Positions 9,788-19,881 of a DNA stretch of 43,125 bases are shown in pieces. This DNA comes from a bacterium (lineage in GTDB: Bacteria > Cyanobacteriota > Vampirovibrionia > Gastranaerophilales > JBAXKC01), in contig JBAXKC010000024.1 of NCBI GenBank assembly GCA_037137535.1, positions 1 through 43,125 on the forward strand, written 5' to 3'. The notes under the pieces are model-generated. The model did not search any database, had not been told where the DNA came from, and worked only from the letters and a program-made list of their open reading frames with translations. How positions within the stretch are numbered: position 1 is the stretch's first letter; every line of letters begins with the position of its first letter. Made by a program: the position numbers and the translations under genes.

Positions 9788-10909
9788 ATGGCAACTAATG
9801 GAGTAAATATAGTCCCTAATAGTTTAACTTTCACTCCTCCGACAATTGTGAAAAAACCTGTTGTGTTGCCGCAAACTACTGTAATTCCTCAAAAAAAGCC
9901 TATTACAGAACAGCAAAAACCAATATTGCCTGCTCAACCAAAATTAGATAGCTTTTCTTCAACGCAGATAAAAGAAAATAATTCAAATAAAAATCTTTTT
10001 GCTATGGGCACTGCTGCCCTTGGTGCTGTAATTCTTTGTGGTATAGGTCTTTTAGCTTTTAAAGGTAGAGGAGTAGAAAAAGCTAATCTGATTGAAGAAG
10101 TTCAAGTTCTTTCAGCCGAAGCAACAGAATTAAAAAATGAAATGCTAAAAATATATGATGATGCTGTTAAGTTCCTTAACCTTGAGCATAAACCAGAGAT
10201 TAATTTTGTAAGTGAAATAGGCAGAGAAAAAAATACAGCTGCTGAATATGTACATGCAAGCAGAAAAATCAATCTTAATGTTGAATTCCCACATGATTTA
10301 CATTATGTAATTGTAAAACCTATAAATTCTTCTGCTATTGATGATAAAGTTGAAATTGTTATGTGCGATAAAATTAATGCCAATAAGATAATAAATGATA
10401 AAGCCCGATATATGAAAAAATATGAGATAGACTCTAATTTATTTGAACTAGAAGTGCATAAGTTAAATGAGGAAGAAATTAAGGCATATACAACTCAAAG
10501 TCTTCTCCATGAACTAAGACATGCCAAGCAATCTGAACTAATTCACAAAACACATAATTTGAATGAGATAATTGGGTTAGAGCATGCCTATTCTCAAAGA
10601 TTAGGTGAAAATAGAACTATAGCTCAATTAGAACAAGAATTTAGTACATGGAAACATGTATCTGTTGATAATAATTTATCAATCAAAGATAAAAAACTTG
10701 CAGATAAATTTTTTAATGATTACAGTAAAAATTCTAAGGATAAAGTAACTTATTATAAAGATGAACTTGAACTAGATGCACACCAATTTGAAGCCTCTGA
10801 AAAATGTATTGATTTTATTTTTAAAAAGTTTAATAATTTGTCAGATACTTTTAAAAAAATATTAAAAGTTAATACGGATGAGTTTATTATTAAATATAAT
10901 GAAGCTTAA
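9788..10909 (+). CDS. Membrane-anchored zinc metallopeptidase-like protein
   Basis: Pro/Gln-rich N-terminus, one TM helix, HELRHAKQ (HEXXH), downstream YYKDELELDA. Confidence 0.65.
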   Translation: MATNGVNIVPNSLTFTPPTIVKKPVVLPQTTVIPQKKPITEQQKPILPAQPKLDSFSSTQIKENNSNKNLFAMGTAALGAVILCGIGLLAFKGRGVEKANLIEEVQVLSAEATELKNEMLKIYDDAVKFLNLEHKPEINFVSEIGREKNTAAEYVHASRKINLNVEFPHDLHYVIVKPINSSAIDDKVEIVMCDKINANKIINDKARYMKKYEIDSNLFELEVHKLNEEEIKAYTTQSLLHELRHAKQSELIHKTHNLNEIIGLEHAYSQRLGENRTIAQLEQEFSTWKHVSVDNNLSIKDKKLADKFFNDYSKNSKDKVTYYKDELELDAHQFEASEKCIDFIFKKFNNLSDTFKKILKVNTDEFIIKYNEA

Positions 10910-10920
10910 ATAACTAACAA

Positions 10921-10952
10921 AAAAGACATAACTCCCGCAAGTTATGTCTTTT
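10921..10952. terminator. Bidirectional intrinsic terminator
   Basis: AAAAGACATAACT-cccgca-AGTTATGTCTTTT between convergent genes. Confidence 0.85.
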
Positions 10953-10989
10953 GCTTAAGTTTTATTTTCAAATAAGGCTAATAGTAAAA

Positions 10990-11253
10990 TTAACTGTTAA
11001 TATTCAGAGAATTCCCATAAGGGGTTGCCAGTGCATTTTTATATACTTGTGTTTGAGACTCAACACCAGAAATTTGTTGTTGAATATTGTCATGCCATGA
11101 AAAATTTGATTCTGTTAATGATGTGTCGATAAAACTCCAAAGATTTGTGATTGCATCTTGAACAAACGGATTTGCACCTTGTGTAGCTGACCCATTTTTT
11201 ATTGGGGAAACTCCACCATTGATTTTATTAATATTCGCGGGACTATTAACCAT
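10990..11253 (-). CDS. Small hypothetical protein (87 aa)
   Basis: AGGAG RBS, sigma28-like promoter upstream, terminator downstream. Confidence 0.75.
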   Translation of the reverse strand: MVNSPANINKINGGVSPIKNGSATQGANPFVQDAITNLWSFIDTSLTESNFSWHDNIQQQISGVESQTQVYKNALATPYGNSLNINS

Positions 11254-11288
11254 TTCTTTCTCTCCTGTGCGACGAACCTACAATTATT

Positions 11289-11316
11289 TTTTCGACAATC
11301 TACATAAAAAACTTTA
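11289..11316 (-). promoter_or_regulatory. Sigma28 (FliA/SigD)-like promoter
   Basis: TAAAGTTT...GTCGAAAA (TAAA-N16-GTCGAAAA) versus consensus TAAA-N15-GCCGATAA. Confidence 0.55.
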
Positions 11317-11675
11317 ATGATTTGAATCAAAATAACAAAAAACTTTACAATCTTTAATACTCATATCTGAAACTTTATTAAAGTAGATATTTTGAAAAAG
11401 CTTGATTAGAAAGAACTTCAGCGAAATTTAAACTATTCATATAAGGATATAAATAATAAATAAGTAAAAGAATTTTCATGTTACATGTCAATTTTTTTTA
11501 TGTCTGTTTTTCAAGCATACATGAGAAACAAGTCCAAAATAGAGTGTTAGTAATTAAAATTTAATAACGTAATTCAGCATCTTATGTCTAAAAGTTTAAG
11601 AATGCTGATTTTTATTTTAAACATAATTTTAAATGTTGGAAACTACAGAAAATATATGTCTAAAGGTAAAAAATC

Positions 11676-12137
11676 ATGAAAATAATTCAATACAGAAGCA
11701 GAAATATAGGAAAAACTTCATCTGAAGATTACTGTAGTCAAAATATGGATTTATCAATTAAAAATCCATGGATAAGCATAAATCCGAATTATAAAACGAT
11801 AAACACAGATAAAGCTAAAGATAATGCCGATTTAATGTCTAAAGCCTATCAGGACATTATCAAAATAAGAAAAGAAAATCCAGTTCTGATTTATGGCAAA
11901 TTAAAAATGATAAATATTGAAAATAAAAATATTTTTGCTTATACGAGGACTCTTGCCGATAAAAAAATGCTTGTTCTTCTTAATATATCTGAAGAAAAAA
12001 TAATTTTTAATGTTCCTGATGAAATTAATATGAAAGATAGTATAAAATTGCTTTGTAATTTAGAGATTGAAGAGAACGACAATTCTAAAATTACTTTAAA
12101 TCCTTATGAAGCTAGAATCTACGAATTAAACAATTAA
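11676..12137 (+). pseudogene. C-terminal fragment of a GH13 alpha-glucosidase/oligo-1,6-glucosidase
   Basis: NPWISINPNYKTIN, YQDIIKIRKENPVLIYG, IFAYTR, LNPYEARIY; catalytic barrel absent. Confidence 0.75.
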
Positions 12138-12146
12138 AATAGCATT

Positions 12147-12971
12147 TTATAATTCATGTGATAAACTTTCTTTTGCTAAAATAATTTTTTTTCTTGCAAT
12201 TCCACCTGCATAACCGCCAATTTCGCCATTTTGCCTTAAAACTCTATGGCAGGGAATTAAATAATGTATAGGATTTTGCCCAATTGCACTTCCTACCGCT
12301 CTTGATGCTTTATGGCTTTCTACTATGTCGGCAATATCTTTATAGGATAAAATAAAACCTTTGGGGATTTTTAATAATGTTTGCCAGATTTTTAGCTGAA
12401 ACTTTGTTCCTATTAGATAAAGTTTTAATTGAGTTTTTTCATTATTGGAATAAAAAATCTGTTTTATAATTTTTTCTGTTTTAGTTTCATTTCTTTCAAA
12501 ATTGGCATTTATCCATTTATTTTTAAATTTATTAATATAATTATCTGATTCGGTGAGAAATTTTAATTCAATAATACCTTTGTCACAAATAGCTATGAAT
12601 GCTTTGCCAAAAGGTGTTTCATTTATTCCATAAACAATATTTAAGTTTTCTCCAATATTTTTAAAACTTTTAGAGTTTATTGTTTCAAAAGTTACATCTA
12701 AATCATTCATTCGGCTTGAAGCGGCGATACTAACTTTAGAATAATTATCAAGAATGCTTTTAGATTTGCATAAAACATTTTTAGCGTGTTTTGATGTAGT
12801 ATATTCAAAGAATTTGTTAGGGCTTATCCCTATCTGTCTTATAAATAAGTCATTAACAGAAAATTCGTACTCCCCTATATAATCAGCAATATCTTTTAAT
12901 GACGGATGATTTTTATAATTATTTTCAAGATAAATTATTGCTTTTTCTATTAATTCGTAATCGTTACTCAT
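12147..12971 (-). CDS. Methylated-DNA--protein-cysteine methyltransferase with N-terminal AraC-like HTH (Ada/Ogt family)
   Basis: GTKFQLKIW, SRAVGSAIGQNPI, IPCHRV active site. Confidence 0.93.
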   Translation of the reverse strand: MSNDYELIEKAIIYLENNYKNHPSLKDIADYIGEYEFSVNDLFIRQIGISPNKFFEYTTSKHAKNVLCKSKSILDNYSKVSIAASSRMNDLDVTFETINSKSFKNIGENLNIVYGINETPFGKAFIAICDKGIIELKFLTESDNYINKFKNKWINANFERNETKTEKIIKQIFYSNNEKTQLKLYLIGTKFQLKIWQTLLKIPKGFILSYKDIADIVESHKASRAVGSAIGQNPIHYLIPCHRVLRQNGEIGGYAGGIARKKIILAKESLSHEL

Positions 12972-13100
12972 TATATATAGTGCCTATTATTTAATTAGAA
13001 TATAGTTATAAAAGGTTAATCAAAAATAATATATTGAAGCTAACAAAGATAAGTATTTTTCATAATGAAAAATCTGTAAAAATAAATTATTATAAAATCA

Positions 13101-13146
13101 CTGAGGGATCTTGGGATAAACATTAAGACCCCTCAGACTTTTTTTA
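13101..13146. terminator. Terminator-like hairpin
   Basis: CTGAGGGATCTT...AAGACCCCTCAG followed by a T tract on the + strand. Confidence 0.5.
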
Positions 13147-13156
13147 TACATAAAAA

Positions 13157-13393
13157 TTAATCAATAGTAATCTTTAATTTAAGAGCCTTTATTATAGCCA
13201 CAGCATCATCAAAATATAAATCTGTATCATTCTCTAAAATATCTCGCAGTTGCTCTTTGCTCATTCCTGTCTTTTTTAAGATTTCAGCTGTCTTGCCCTG
13301 TTTATTTACAATTGCTTTTAATGAAGCTAAAAATGGTGCAATATCATCATTTTCCGTAATTAGGTTCAGGTTCTTATTTAAATCTTTAATCAT
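13157..13393 (-). CDS. XRE-type HTH protein, addiction-module antidote (HI1420-like)
   Basis: FLASLKAIV...KTGMSKEQLRDIL...FDDAVAIIKALKLKI pattern. Confidence 0.6.
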   Translation of the reverse strand: MIKDLNKNLNLITENDDIAPFLASLKAIVNKQGKTAEILKKTGMSKEQLRDILENDTDLYFDDAVAIIKALKLKITID

Positions 13394-13511
13394 TGATTTT
13401 TTCCTTTAATGTTTAACTGTTTAGTCTAAGTTTAATACTTTATTGCTAAAATTATAAGCTAAACCATAAAATAGATTTAGCTTAATTTTACATTTTTTTT
13501 ATTAGACCATT

Positions 13512-14078
13512 TTAATCAGGTAATTTAATATCTTTACCGGTAGTTACTTCAAAATTAATTCTATCATTTCTAGCTTGTAGATTTTTTTGTGCTTGAATTG
13601 CAATACCCTGTAAATCTCCAGACATAGTTTTTGTCACTGCATAAACGACTGCACTAGAAATAAAAGGTATAGCTATCAATCCAGCATTAATTAACGGTGA
13701 AGTTTTTTGTGGTTTCACTTCATCAAAAAAATGTTCACTATGTTTACTTGCTTCTATTGCTATTTTAGAAATAATTGCAATAGTTGATCCAAAAATAAAG
13801 CCAGATCCAGCAGCCATAAAACTTGCTATGTTGCCAAATTTATTAATAGAGTTTTTTGCATTTTTTTCTAAGTCTTTTTCGATTTGAGGATTATTTTTTA
13901 AAAAAATAAGGTCTTTCTTTTGTTCTTGCATTTCTAGTTTCATCGCTTCAGCATCTACAAAAGTGTTGTTATGGATATTTGTTATATCTCTTGTTTGATA
14001 GTCATCAAATGAACTAGGATATCTATTAAAAGTACTAAATGAATTATAGGAATAAGGATATCTGTTATAATAAGACAC
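13512..14078 (-). CDS. Hypothetical membrane protein (2 TM)
   Basis: GTG start with GGAGG RBS; Tyr/Ser/Asn-rich N-terminus; two hydrophobic helices. Confidence 0.75.
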   Translation of the reverse strand: MSYYNRYPYSYNSFSTFNRYPSSFDDYQTRDITNIHNNTFVDAEAMKLEMQEQKKDLIFLKNNPQIEKDLEKNAKNSINKFGNIASFMAAGSGFIFGSTIAIISKIAIEASKHSEHFFDEVKPQKTSPLINAGLIAIPFISSAVVYAVTKTMSGDLQGIAIQAQKNLQARNDRINFEVTTGKDIKLPD

Positions 14079-14210
14079 CAGCTGCCTCCAATAATAAAAT
14101 AAATAAACTCTTATTTGTAATTATCTTAGCAATAAATAAAGTTATAAAACATAAACATTAATATTATTGTTACATTAACTTATGCTATTAAAAAATAAAA
14201 CAATAAACTA

Positions 14211-15095
14211 TTAATCGCTATAAACATTCTTCCCATCAATCGAATACATTTTCTTTCGCTCAAGAACAATAGCTTCAATTTGCTCAAGAAAATCCTGCTT
14301 ATTTTCATTTTTAATCATATTTAACATGTAATTTAAATAATCAACAAATTCTTCCGTAGAGTTTTTGACGTTTTTACTGTTTTCAAAGAGCATATCTTCT
14401 GCTAATTCGGGATTTGTGGAGGCAATTCTTGTCATATCCCTAAAACCGCTTGCGGCTAAGGTCATTGCGAGCTGTGAAACTTCTTTGTCGGGATAATTTT
14501 GCACAAGTCCAAACAGTGTCTGACTTATTAAAAGCGGCATGTGACTTATTAAAGAAACAGCTTTATCATGGACATGTGCCTCTGTTATTATCGGAATAGC
14601 TCCCATTTTTTCTATTATTGAAATGAGCAGGTCTAAATCTTCCTGTTTTGTAGTTTTTTGAGGAGTTAATACCCATTTTGCTCCGTTATATAAATGTTCG
14701 GGGGCATGCTCAAAGCCTTTGTTTTCAGTTCCTGCCATAGGATGACCGCCTATGAAATTTATTTTCTTAGGCAAGGCTTCGACAAAGTCGTTTATCGCTC
14801 CTTTAATGCTTGCAGCATCGGTAATAATGCAATTTGGGTTTACTATTTCCGATAAATCCTCAATAGTAGAATTAATTTTACTTATAGGAGTGCAAACAAA
14901 AACAATATCAGCTGATTTTAATATATTCAAATCAGTTGAGCAATTATCAGTAATTCCTGAATTTATTACTTTATCAATAGTTTCCTTACTTCTTGAGACC
15001 CCGAGCAGAGAAAAGCCTTGGCTTTTCAGCGATTTTAAAATAGAACCGCCGATTAAACCAAGACCTATTACTCCGATTGTTAATTTCTTATCCAT
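14211..15095 (-). CDS. tyrA: Prephenate/arogenate dehydrogenase
   Basis: GLGLIGGS, DAASIK, GGHPMAGTE, HDKAVSLISHMP, SGFRDMTRIA. Confidence 0.96.
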   Translation of the reverse strand: MDKKLTIGVIGLGLIGGSILKSLKSQGFSLLGVSRSKETIDKVINSGITDNCSTDLNILKSADIVFVCTPISKINSTIEDLSEIVNPNCIITDAASIKGAINDFVEALPKKINFIGGHPMAGTENKGFEHAPEHLYNGAKWVLTPQKTTKQEDLDLLISIIEKMGAIPIITEAHVHDKAVSLISHMPLLISQTLFGLVQNYPDKEVSQLAMTLAASGFRDMTRIASTNPELAEDMLFENSKNVKNSTEEFVDYLNYMLNMIKNENKQDFLEQIEAIVLERKKMYSIDGKNVYSD

Positions 15096-15096
15096 A

Positions 15097-16119
15097 CTAG
15101 ACAGGTACTGTAAGTCTTTCAGTAAGGAAAGTAATTTCTTTCATTAAGGAATCGAATTGCTCCAAGGTTAGACTTTGTGCGCCATCTGATGAAGCGTTAT
15201 CAGGGTCATTGTGAACTTCAATCATTAATCCGTCAGCACCTGAAACAAGAGCTGCTTTTGACATAGGATTAATTAAATATCTTCTTCCTGTTCCATGGCT
15301 CGGGTCAACGATTACAGGTAAGTGTGAGTATTTTTTGATTACAGGAATTGAAGCCAAATCAAGCATATTTCTTGTATAAGTTGAATCAAAGCCTTTAACT
15401 CCTCTTTCACAAAGAATTACGTTTAAATTTCCTGCGTACATAATATGTTCAGCCGCTAATAAAAATTCTCTTATTGTTGCAGAAGGTCCTCTTTTAAGCA
15501 TTACAGGCTTTCCGCATTGACCGACAGCTTTTAAAAGCTTGAAGTTTTGCATATTTCTTGCACCAATTTGAACAATATCAGCATAATTAGCAACAAGCTC
15601 AACGTCCATACTGTCCATAACTTCGGTTATAACAAGAAGTCCTGTTTCTTTTCTTGCTTCTGCAAGGTATTTAAGTCCTGTTTCTTCTAAACCTTGGAAA
15701 TCATAAGGGCTTGTTCTCGGTTTGAAAGCTCCGCCTCTTAAAATTGTTGCGCCTGAAGCTTTTACAGCTCTCGCAACGGTTAAAAGGTCTTCAGGATTTT
15801 CTTCTACGCTACAAGGACCAGCCATTACAACAGCTGAACCGCCACCGATTTTAACGCCATTTGCAAATTCAATAACGGTATCGTTTGACTGTCCTTCTCT
15901 ACTGGCAAGTTTAAAAGGTTCTTGAACGAGTTTAACTTCTCTTACCCCATCCATTGAAGCAATAGATTGTGGTTGAATTAATCTTTTATCACCAATAGCA
16001 GCAATAACGGCCATTACTTCACCGCTATTAAGAATGGTTTTAAAACCAAGGTTTTCCATTCTGCTAATTACTTTATCAATCTGTTCTTGGGATGCCTTAG
16101 GCTCCATTACAATAATCAT
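15097..16119 (-). CDS. aroF: DAHP synthase type I-beta with N-terminal ACT-like domain
   Basis: [42 protein letters not shown]. Confidence 0.97.
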   Translation of the reverse strand: MIIVMEPKASQEQIDKVISRMENLGFKTILNSGEVMAVIAAIGDKRLIQPQSIASMDGVREVKLVQEPFKLASREGQSNDTVIEFANGVKIGGGSAVVMAGPCSVEENPEDLLTVARAVKASGATILRGGAFKPRTSPYDFQGLEETGLKYLAEARKETGLLVITEVMDSMDVELVANYADIVQIGARNMQNFKLLKAVGQCGKPVMLKRGPSATIREFLLAAEHIMYAGNLNVILCERGVKGFDSTYTRNMLDLASIPVIKKYSHLPVIVDPSHGTGRRYLINPMSKAALVSGADGLMIEVHNDPDNASSDGAQSLTLEQFDSLMKEITFLTERLTVPV

Positions 16120-16202
16120 TTTTTAAGCGCCTCCTGCTTTTTATTTTTGTGTATCTTTAATTTTCTATTAAATTGAAAAAAAATTCCAGTAAAAAAACTA
16201 TT

Positions 16203-18005
16203 TTATTTAGTTTCTTGTATTTTTATGGGACTAAATGCACGAGTAGTAAGAGCATTTTTGTATTCATCGGTAAAATGAGCATAATCAAATATCATAATAC
16301 CGTTTGCTCCGTTACTTCTTGCAGTAACAAACTGTTTTAGTAAATCTGCTGGAGTTTCAGCATTAAATGGTTGGAATAACCCCGGGTAAATCTTTACATT
16401 TGCAGGCACTTTTTGTTTCATTTCAGACATATAATTGCGTATAAGATCTGTATCTCCACCTAAAACAAGCGGAGTAAAAGCATCTACAAGACCATTTGCC
16501 GCCCAGACATCCCAGTTTTGCAATTTTTTAATGTTTGCCTCGTAAGCATTAGGGAATACCACCGCTGTAACCATTACATTATGCTGTTTAATTACTGCAC
16601 TGGCTTTAGTCACGAATTCTGTAACTTTATTTTGCCTGTAATTTACCCATTTTTCCCAACATTTTTCTGTTCTTGATAGAAGTGCTGGGTCAACTCCATA
16701 CATTTTTTTGAATTCTCTTCTTGCATATTGAGAATAGCCCCATGTTGAGCCGAGATAATTAGGGAAAGTATCGGCTAAACTTGCAGGGTATCTGATATAG
16801 TCAAGATTAATTCCATCAACTTTATAATTTGTGCTTATTTCGTCTATTAATTCTAACAAGAATTTCTGAACACAAGGATTTGCAGGGTCAAGAAAATAGC
16901 TTGAATTTTCCAACTCTGATTTTGACGGGGAATTGTCAAGATAGGCTCTCCTTTGAATATTCGCCCAATCAGGATGGACAGAAATAATATTTTTATATTT
17001 TTCTGTTTTTGGCTCAGAACCGACATTAAAGGTTTCAAACCATACATGTACTTTCAATCCTCTTTTATGAGCTTCCTCTACCCAAACAGCAAGAGGGTCA
17101 AAGCCTTTAAATGCTTGCATTTGATTTGTTACCGAATATTTATCCATTGTTTTACTCGGGAAAATTGTGTATCCATGATAATAAGTTTCAAGAAAAACAT
17201 TTTTTATCCCCGAATTTTTTATTCTTTCAAGGGTATTAGTTATACTTTCAGGAGTTTTTTCAGTTGGTCTTACCCATATACCGTTAAACTCATCAGCAAT
17301 ATATGGTACTGCCCCGTAAAACGATTTATTAGAGGCTTCAATGCTCATTTTAGATAATTTATAAACATTATCATAATTTTGCTGATTAAATTGTTTTTTT
17401 GCCTTGCTAATATCCGTTTTAGCCGTTTTTAGGTAATTCATACTCATAATATAGTTGGGAGTATGTTTTTCATTACTCTTGAATAAGCTATATACTTCTT
17501 TTTTAGCATCATTATATTTTGTTTGAGCTTTGTAGATATAGCTTTCAGGTGTTATATCACTTTCAACTTCATTTTTATCAAAGTTAATTGTTACTTTTGC
17601 CCCTTCAATAAGATTTTTCAAAATCCATTGCTTAGCTTTACCGTTTCCGCTTATTACATAACCGTCTTTTGGTATTGTTGAATCAGCCCCGCTTGTTTTC
17701 ACGACTCTGTTATTTTGTATAATGGCTTCTAATCCATATTCATTAGTGCCTGTTCTTTCGCCGTAAGATCTTGTATAGATTAAAAGCTGGTTTGATCCTC
17801 TAAAACCGGGATAATAAGCTCCTCGTTGGTTTGATTCCGCATTAGGATTCAAGCCGCTTATAGGAAAAGAAGATTTAAAAAATAAAACTGATGCTTTTTC
17901 AGTTGCTTTTGGTGTTTGTTCATTAATAGGCGTTAAATTTTCAGAATAAACAGGATGAGAAAATATTAATAAACTTACAATCGCTGAATATAAAATCTTT
18001 TTCAT
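16203..18005 (-). CDS. Secreted glycoside hydrolase family 10-like (GHL10/YddW) protein
   Basis: Signal peptide; GIWVRP, AHKRGLKVHVW, FLDPANP, DGINLDYIRYP. Confidence 0.88.
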   Translation of the reverse strand: MKKILYSAIVSLLIFSHPVYSENLTPINEQTPKATEKASVLFFKSSFPISGLNPNAESNQRGAYYPGFRGSNQLLIYTRSYGERTGTNEYGLEAIIQNNRVVKTSGADSTIPKDGYVISGNGKAKQWILKNLIEGAKVTINFDKNEVESDITPESYIYKAQTKYNDAKKEVYSLFKSNEKHTPNYIMSMNYLKTAKTDISKAKKQFNQQNYDNVYKLSKMSIEASNKSFYGAVPYIADEFNGIWVRPTEKTPESITNTLERIKNSGIKNVFLETYYHGYTIFPSKTMDKYSVTNQMQAFKGFDPLAVWVEEAHKRGLKVHVWFETFNVGSEPKTEKYKNIISVHPDWANIQRRAYLDNSPSKSELENSSYFLDPANPCVQKFLLELIDEISTNYKVDGINLDYIRYPASLADTFPNYLGSTWGYSQYARREFKKMYGVDPALLSRTEKCWEKWVNYRQNKVTEFVTKASAVIKQHNVMVTAVVFPNAYEANIKKLQNWDVWAANGLVDAFTPLVLGGDTDLIRNYMSEMKQKVPANVKIYPGLFQPFNAETPADLLKQFVTARSNGANGIMIFDYAHFTDEYKNALTTRAFSPIKIQETK

Positions 18006-18020
18006 CTATTACTATCCTTT

Positions 18021-18821
18021 TTATTTGCTGTTCTTAAGTTCTTGAATTGTAGTATCTATTGCAGAGTGAATTAGTCCGTTTGTTGCAATAATATTTTTTA
18101 CTTTAAAGTCATAGTTTTCAACTGCAAAATTTGATACTTTTCCGCCTGATTCTCTTACGATACAAATTCCAGCCGCAACGTCCCATGGGGAAAGTCCCAT
18201 TTCCCAAAATCCGTCTAACCTTCCACAAGCAACATAACATAGATCAAGAGCCGCTGAACCAGGTCTTCTTACAGCTTGAGCTTCATATATGAATTTTGTG
18301 AAATATTTTAAATTTTCTTCAATCATTGCTTTATTAGTACCCGGAAAACCTGTGGCTAATAATGCTTTTCTTATGGAGTCTACTGAGGTAACTTGAATTT
18401 TATCATTATTTAGATATGCGCCTTTATCTTTGATAGCCCAGAACATTTCTTTTTTAAAGGCATCGTAAACAACACCTATGCAAGGCTCTCCCTTATAAAG
18501 CAGGCCAATAGAAACTGCAAAATGCGGGAAATTATGAGCATAATTTGTTGTGCCGTCAATAGGGTCAATTACCCATACATAATCACTTGTGCTATCACCG
18601 CTTAATCCTGATTCTTCGGCTAGAAATTCATGCTCGGGGAAATTTGATTTGATAATTGATAATATTTTTTCTTCAGCTGCCTTGTCAGCATTGGTTACAA
18701 GGTCAAATTCACTACTTTTAAAAAGTATTTCTTTTGCTTTTCCAAAAAAGTCAAGTTGTATCTTCCCTGCTTCAATTGCCGCTTCTTTAGCAATGCTAAT
18801 TAACTTTTCATTATCAATCAT
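18021..18821 (-). CDS. suhB: Inositol monophosphatase family protein
   Basis: WVIDPIDGTTNY, RRPGSAALDLCYVACGR, PWDVAAG. Confidence 0.95.
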   Translation of the reverse strand: MIDNEKLISIAKEAAIEAGKIQLDFFGKAKEILFKSSEFDLVTNADKAAEEKILSIIKSNFPEHEFLAEESGLSGDSTSDYVWVIDPIDGTTNYAHNFPHFAVSIGLLYKGEPCIGVVYDAFKKEMFWAIKDKGAYLNNDKIQVTSVDSIRKALLATGFPGTNKAMIEENLKYFTKFIYEAQAVRRPGSAALDLCYVACGRLDGFWEMGLSPWDVAAGICIVRESGGKVSNFAVENYDFKVKNIIATNGLIHSAIDTTIQELKNSK

Positions 18822-18930
18822 ATTTAATCTCCCGATAAAAGCACTTGATTATAATTCGTAAATTTTATGATATTATGCTTACTATTTAGAATCATTTTTA
18901 CATAAAAATAATACACGGAGAAGTGCTAAA

Positions 18931-19290
18931 ATGTTTGAATTAAAAGTTGAAGGACACTTTGCGTCAGCGCATAGATTGCTAAATTATCAAGGCAAATGTG
19001 AAAACCCGCATGGTCATAATTGGAAAGTCGAAATCTATGCTAGAGGCGAAAACTTAGATAACTCAAATATTTTAATTGATTTTAAAATTTTGAAAAAAGA
19101 ATTGAATCTTGTCTTGGAAGAGCTTGATCATATTGATTTGAACGAACACGAACCGTTTATAGGTCAAAGCCCAAGCAGTGAGTATATTTCAAAATATATT
19201 TATAACGAATTAAAAAAGAGAATTCCTCAGCTTTATAAAGTTTCCGTATGGGAAACTGAAAGAGCAAGAGCTAGTTATTGGGAAGAATAA
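18931..19290 (+). CDS. queD: 6-carboxytetrahydropterin synthase (PTPS/COG0720)
   Basis: FASAHRL, CENPHGHNW, LDHIDLNE, VWETE. Confidence 0.93.
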   Translation: MFELKVEGHFASAHRLLNYQGKCENPHGHNWKVEIYARGENLDNSNILIDFKILKKELNLVLEELDHIDLNEHEPFIGQSPSSEYISKYIYNELKKRIPQLYKVSVWETERARASYWEE

Positions 19291-19374
19291 TATATTTTAG
19301 CTCTTCTATAAATGTATTGTAATTATCGCTAAAAAATTATAAAATATTCTTATGATGTTTTATAAGGAATGTTC

Positions 19375-19881
19375 ATGTCGATAGCATATATCGGATTAGG
19401 CTCAAATATAGGTGATAGGCTGGGATATATTCAACAATCCTGCAAAATGCTCAATGATATTGAGGGAATACAGGTAGTTGAATGTTCAAGCTTTTATGAA
19501 ACTGAGCCTTTTGGATATAAAGAACAAGAATGGTTCGTTAATGCTATTGTGATTGTTAAGACAGAATTATCTGCTGAAAATTTGCTGGATGTTTGTGCCG
19601 ATATTGAAAAAAGACTCGGAAGAGACAGGCAAAAACAAAAAATACAATGGGGACCAAGAACTGTCGATTTGGATATACTTTTCTTTGATGATAAGATTAT
19701 CTCAACAAGTTTCTTGCAAGTTCCACATCCAAGAGTTCATTTAAGAGCTTATGCTTTAGTTCCTTTGCTTGAGATAGCGGCTAACTATGTGCATCCTGTT
19801 CTTAAAAAAACAATAGAAAAATTGCATGATGACCTTGAAAACCCTGAAGAAGTTTATTTATACGGCACAAGAAGAATATGA
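19375..19881 (+). CDS. folK: 6-hydroxymethyl-dihydropterin pyrophosphokinase
   Basis: YIGLGSNIG, YETEP, WGPRTVDLDIL, VPHPR; ATG 19375 follows AAGGA. Confidence 0.96.
   Translation: MSIAYIGLGSNIGDRLGYIQQSCKMLNDIEGIQVVECSSFYETEPFGYKEQEWFVNAIVIVKTELSAENLLDVCADIEKRLGRDRQKQKIQWGPRTVDLDILFFDDKIISTSFLQVPHPRVHLRAYALVPLLEIAANYVHPVLKKTIEKLHDDLENPEEVYLYGTRRI

Noticed and set aside
11478-11564. 28-codon ORF before a hairpin (possible leader peptide or type I toxin)
   Set aside because: No convincing RBS and its length is compatible with chance
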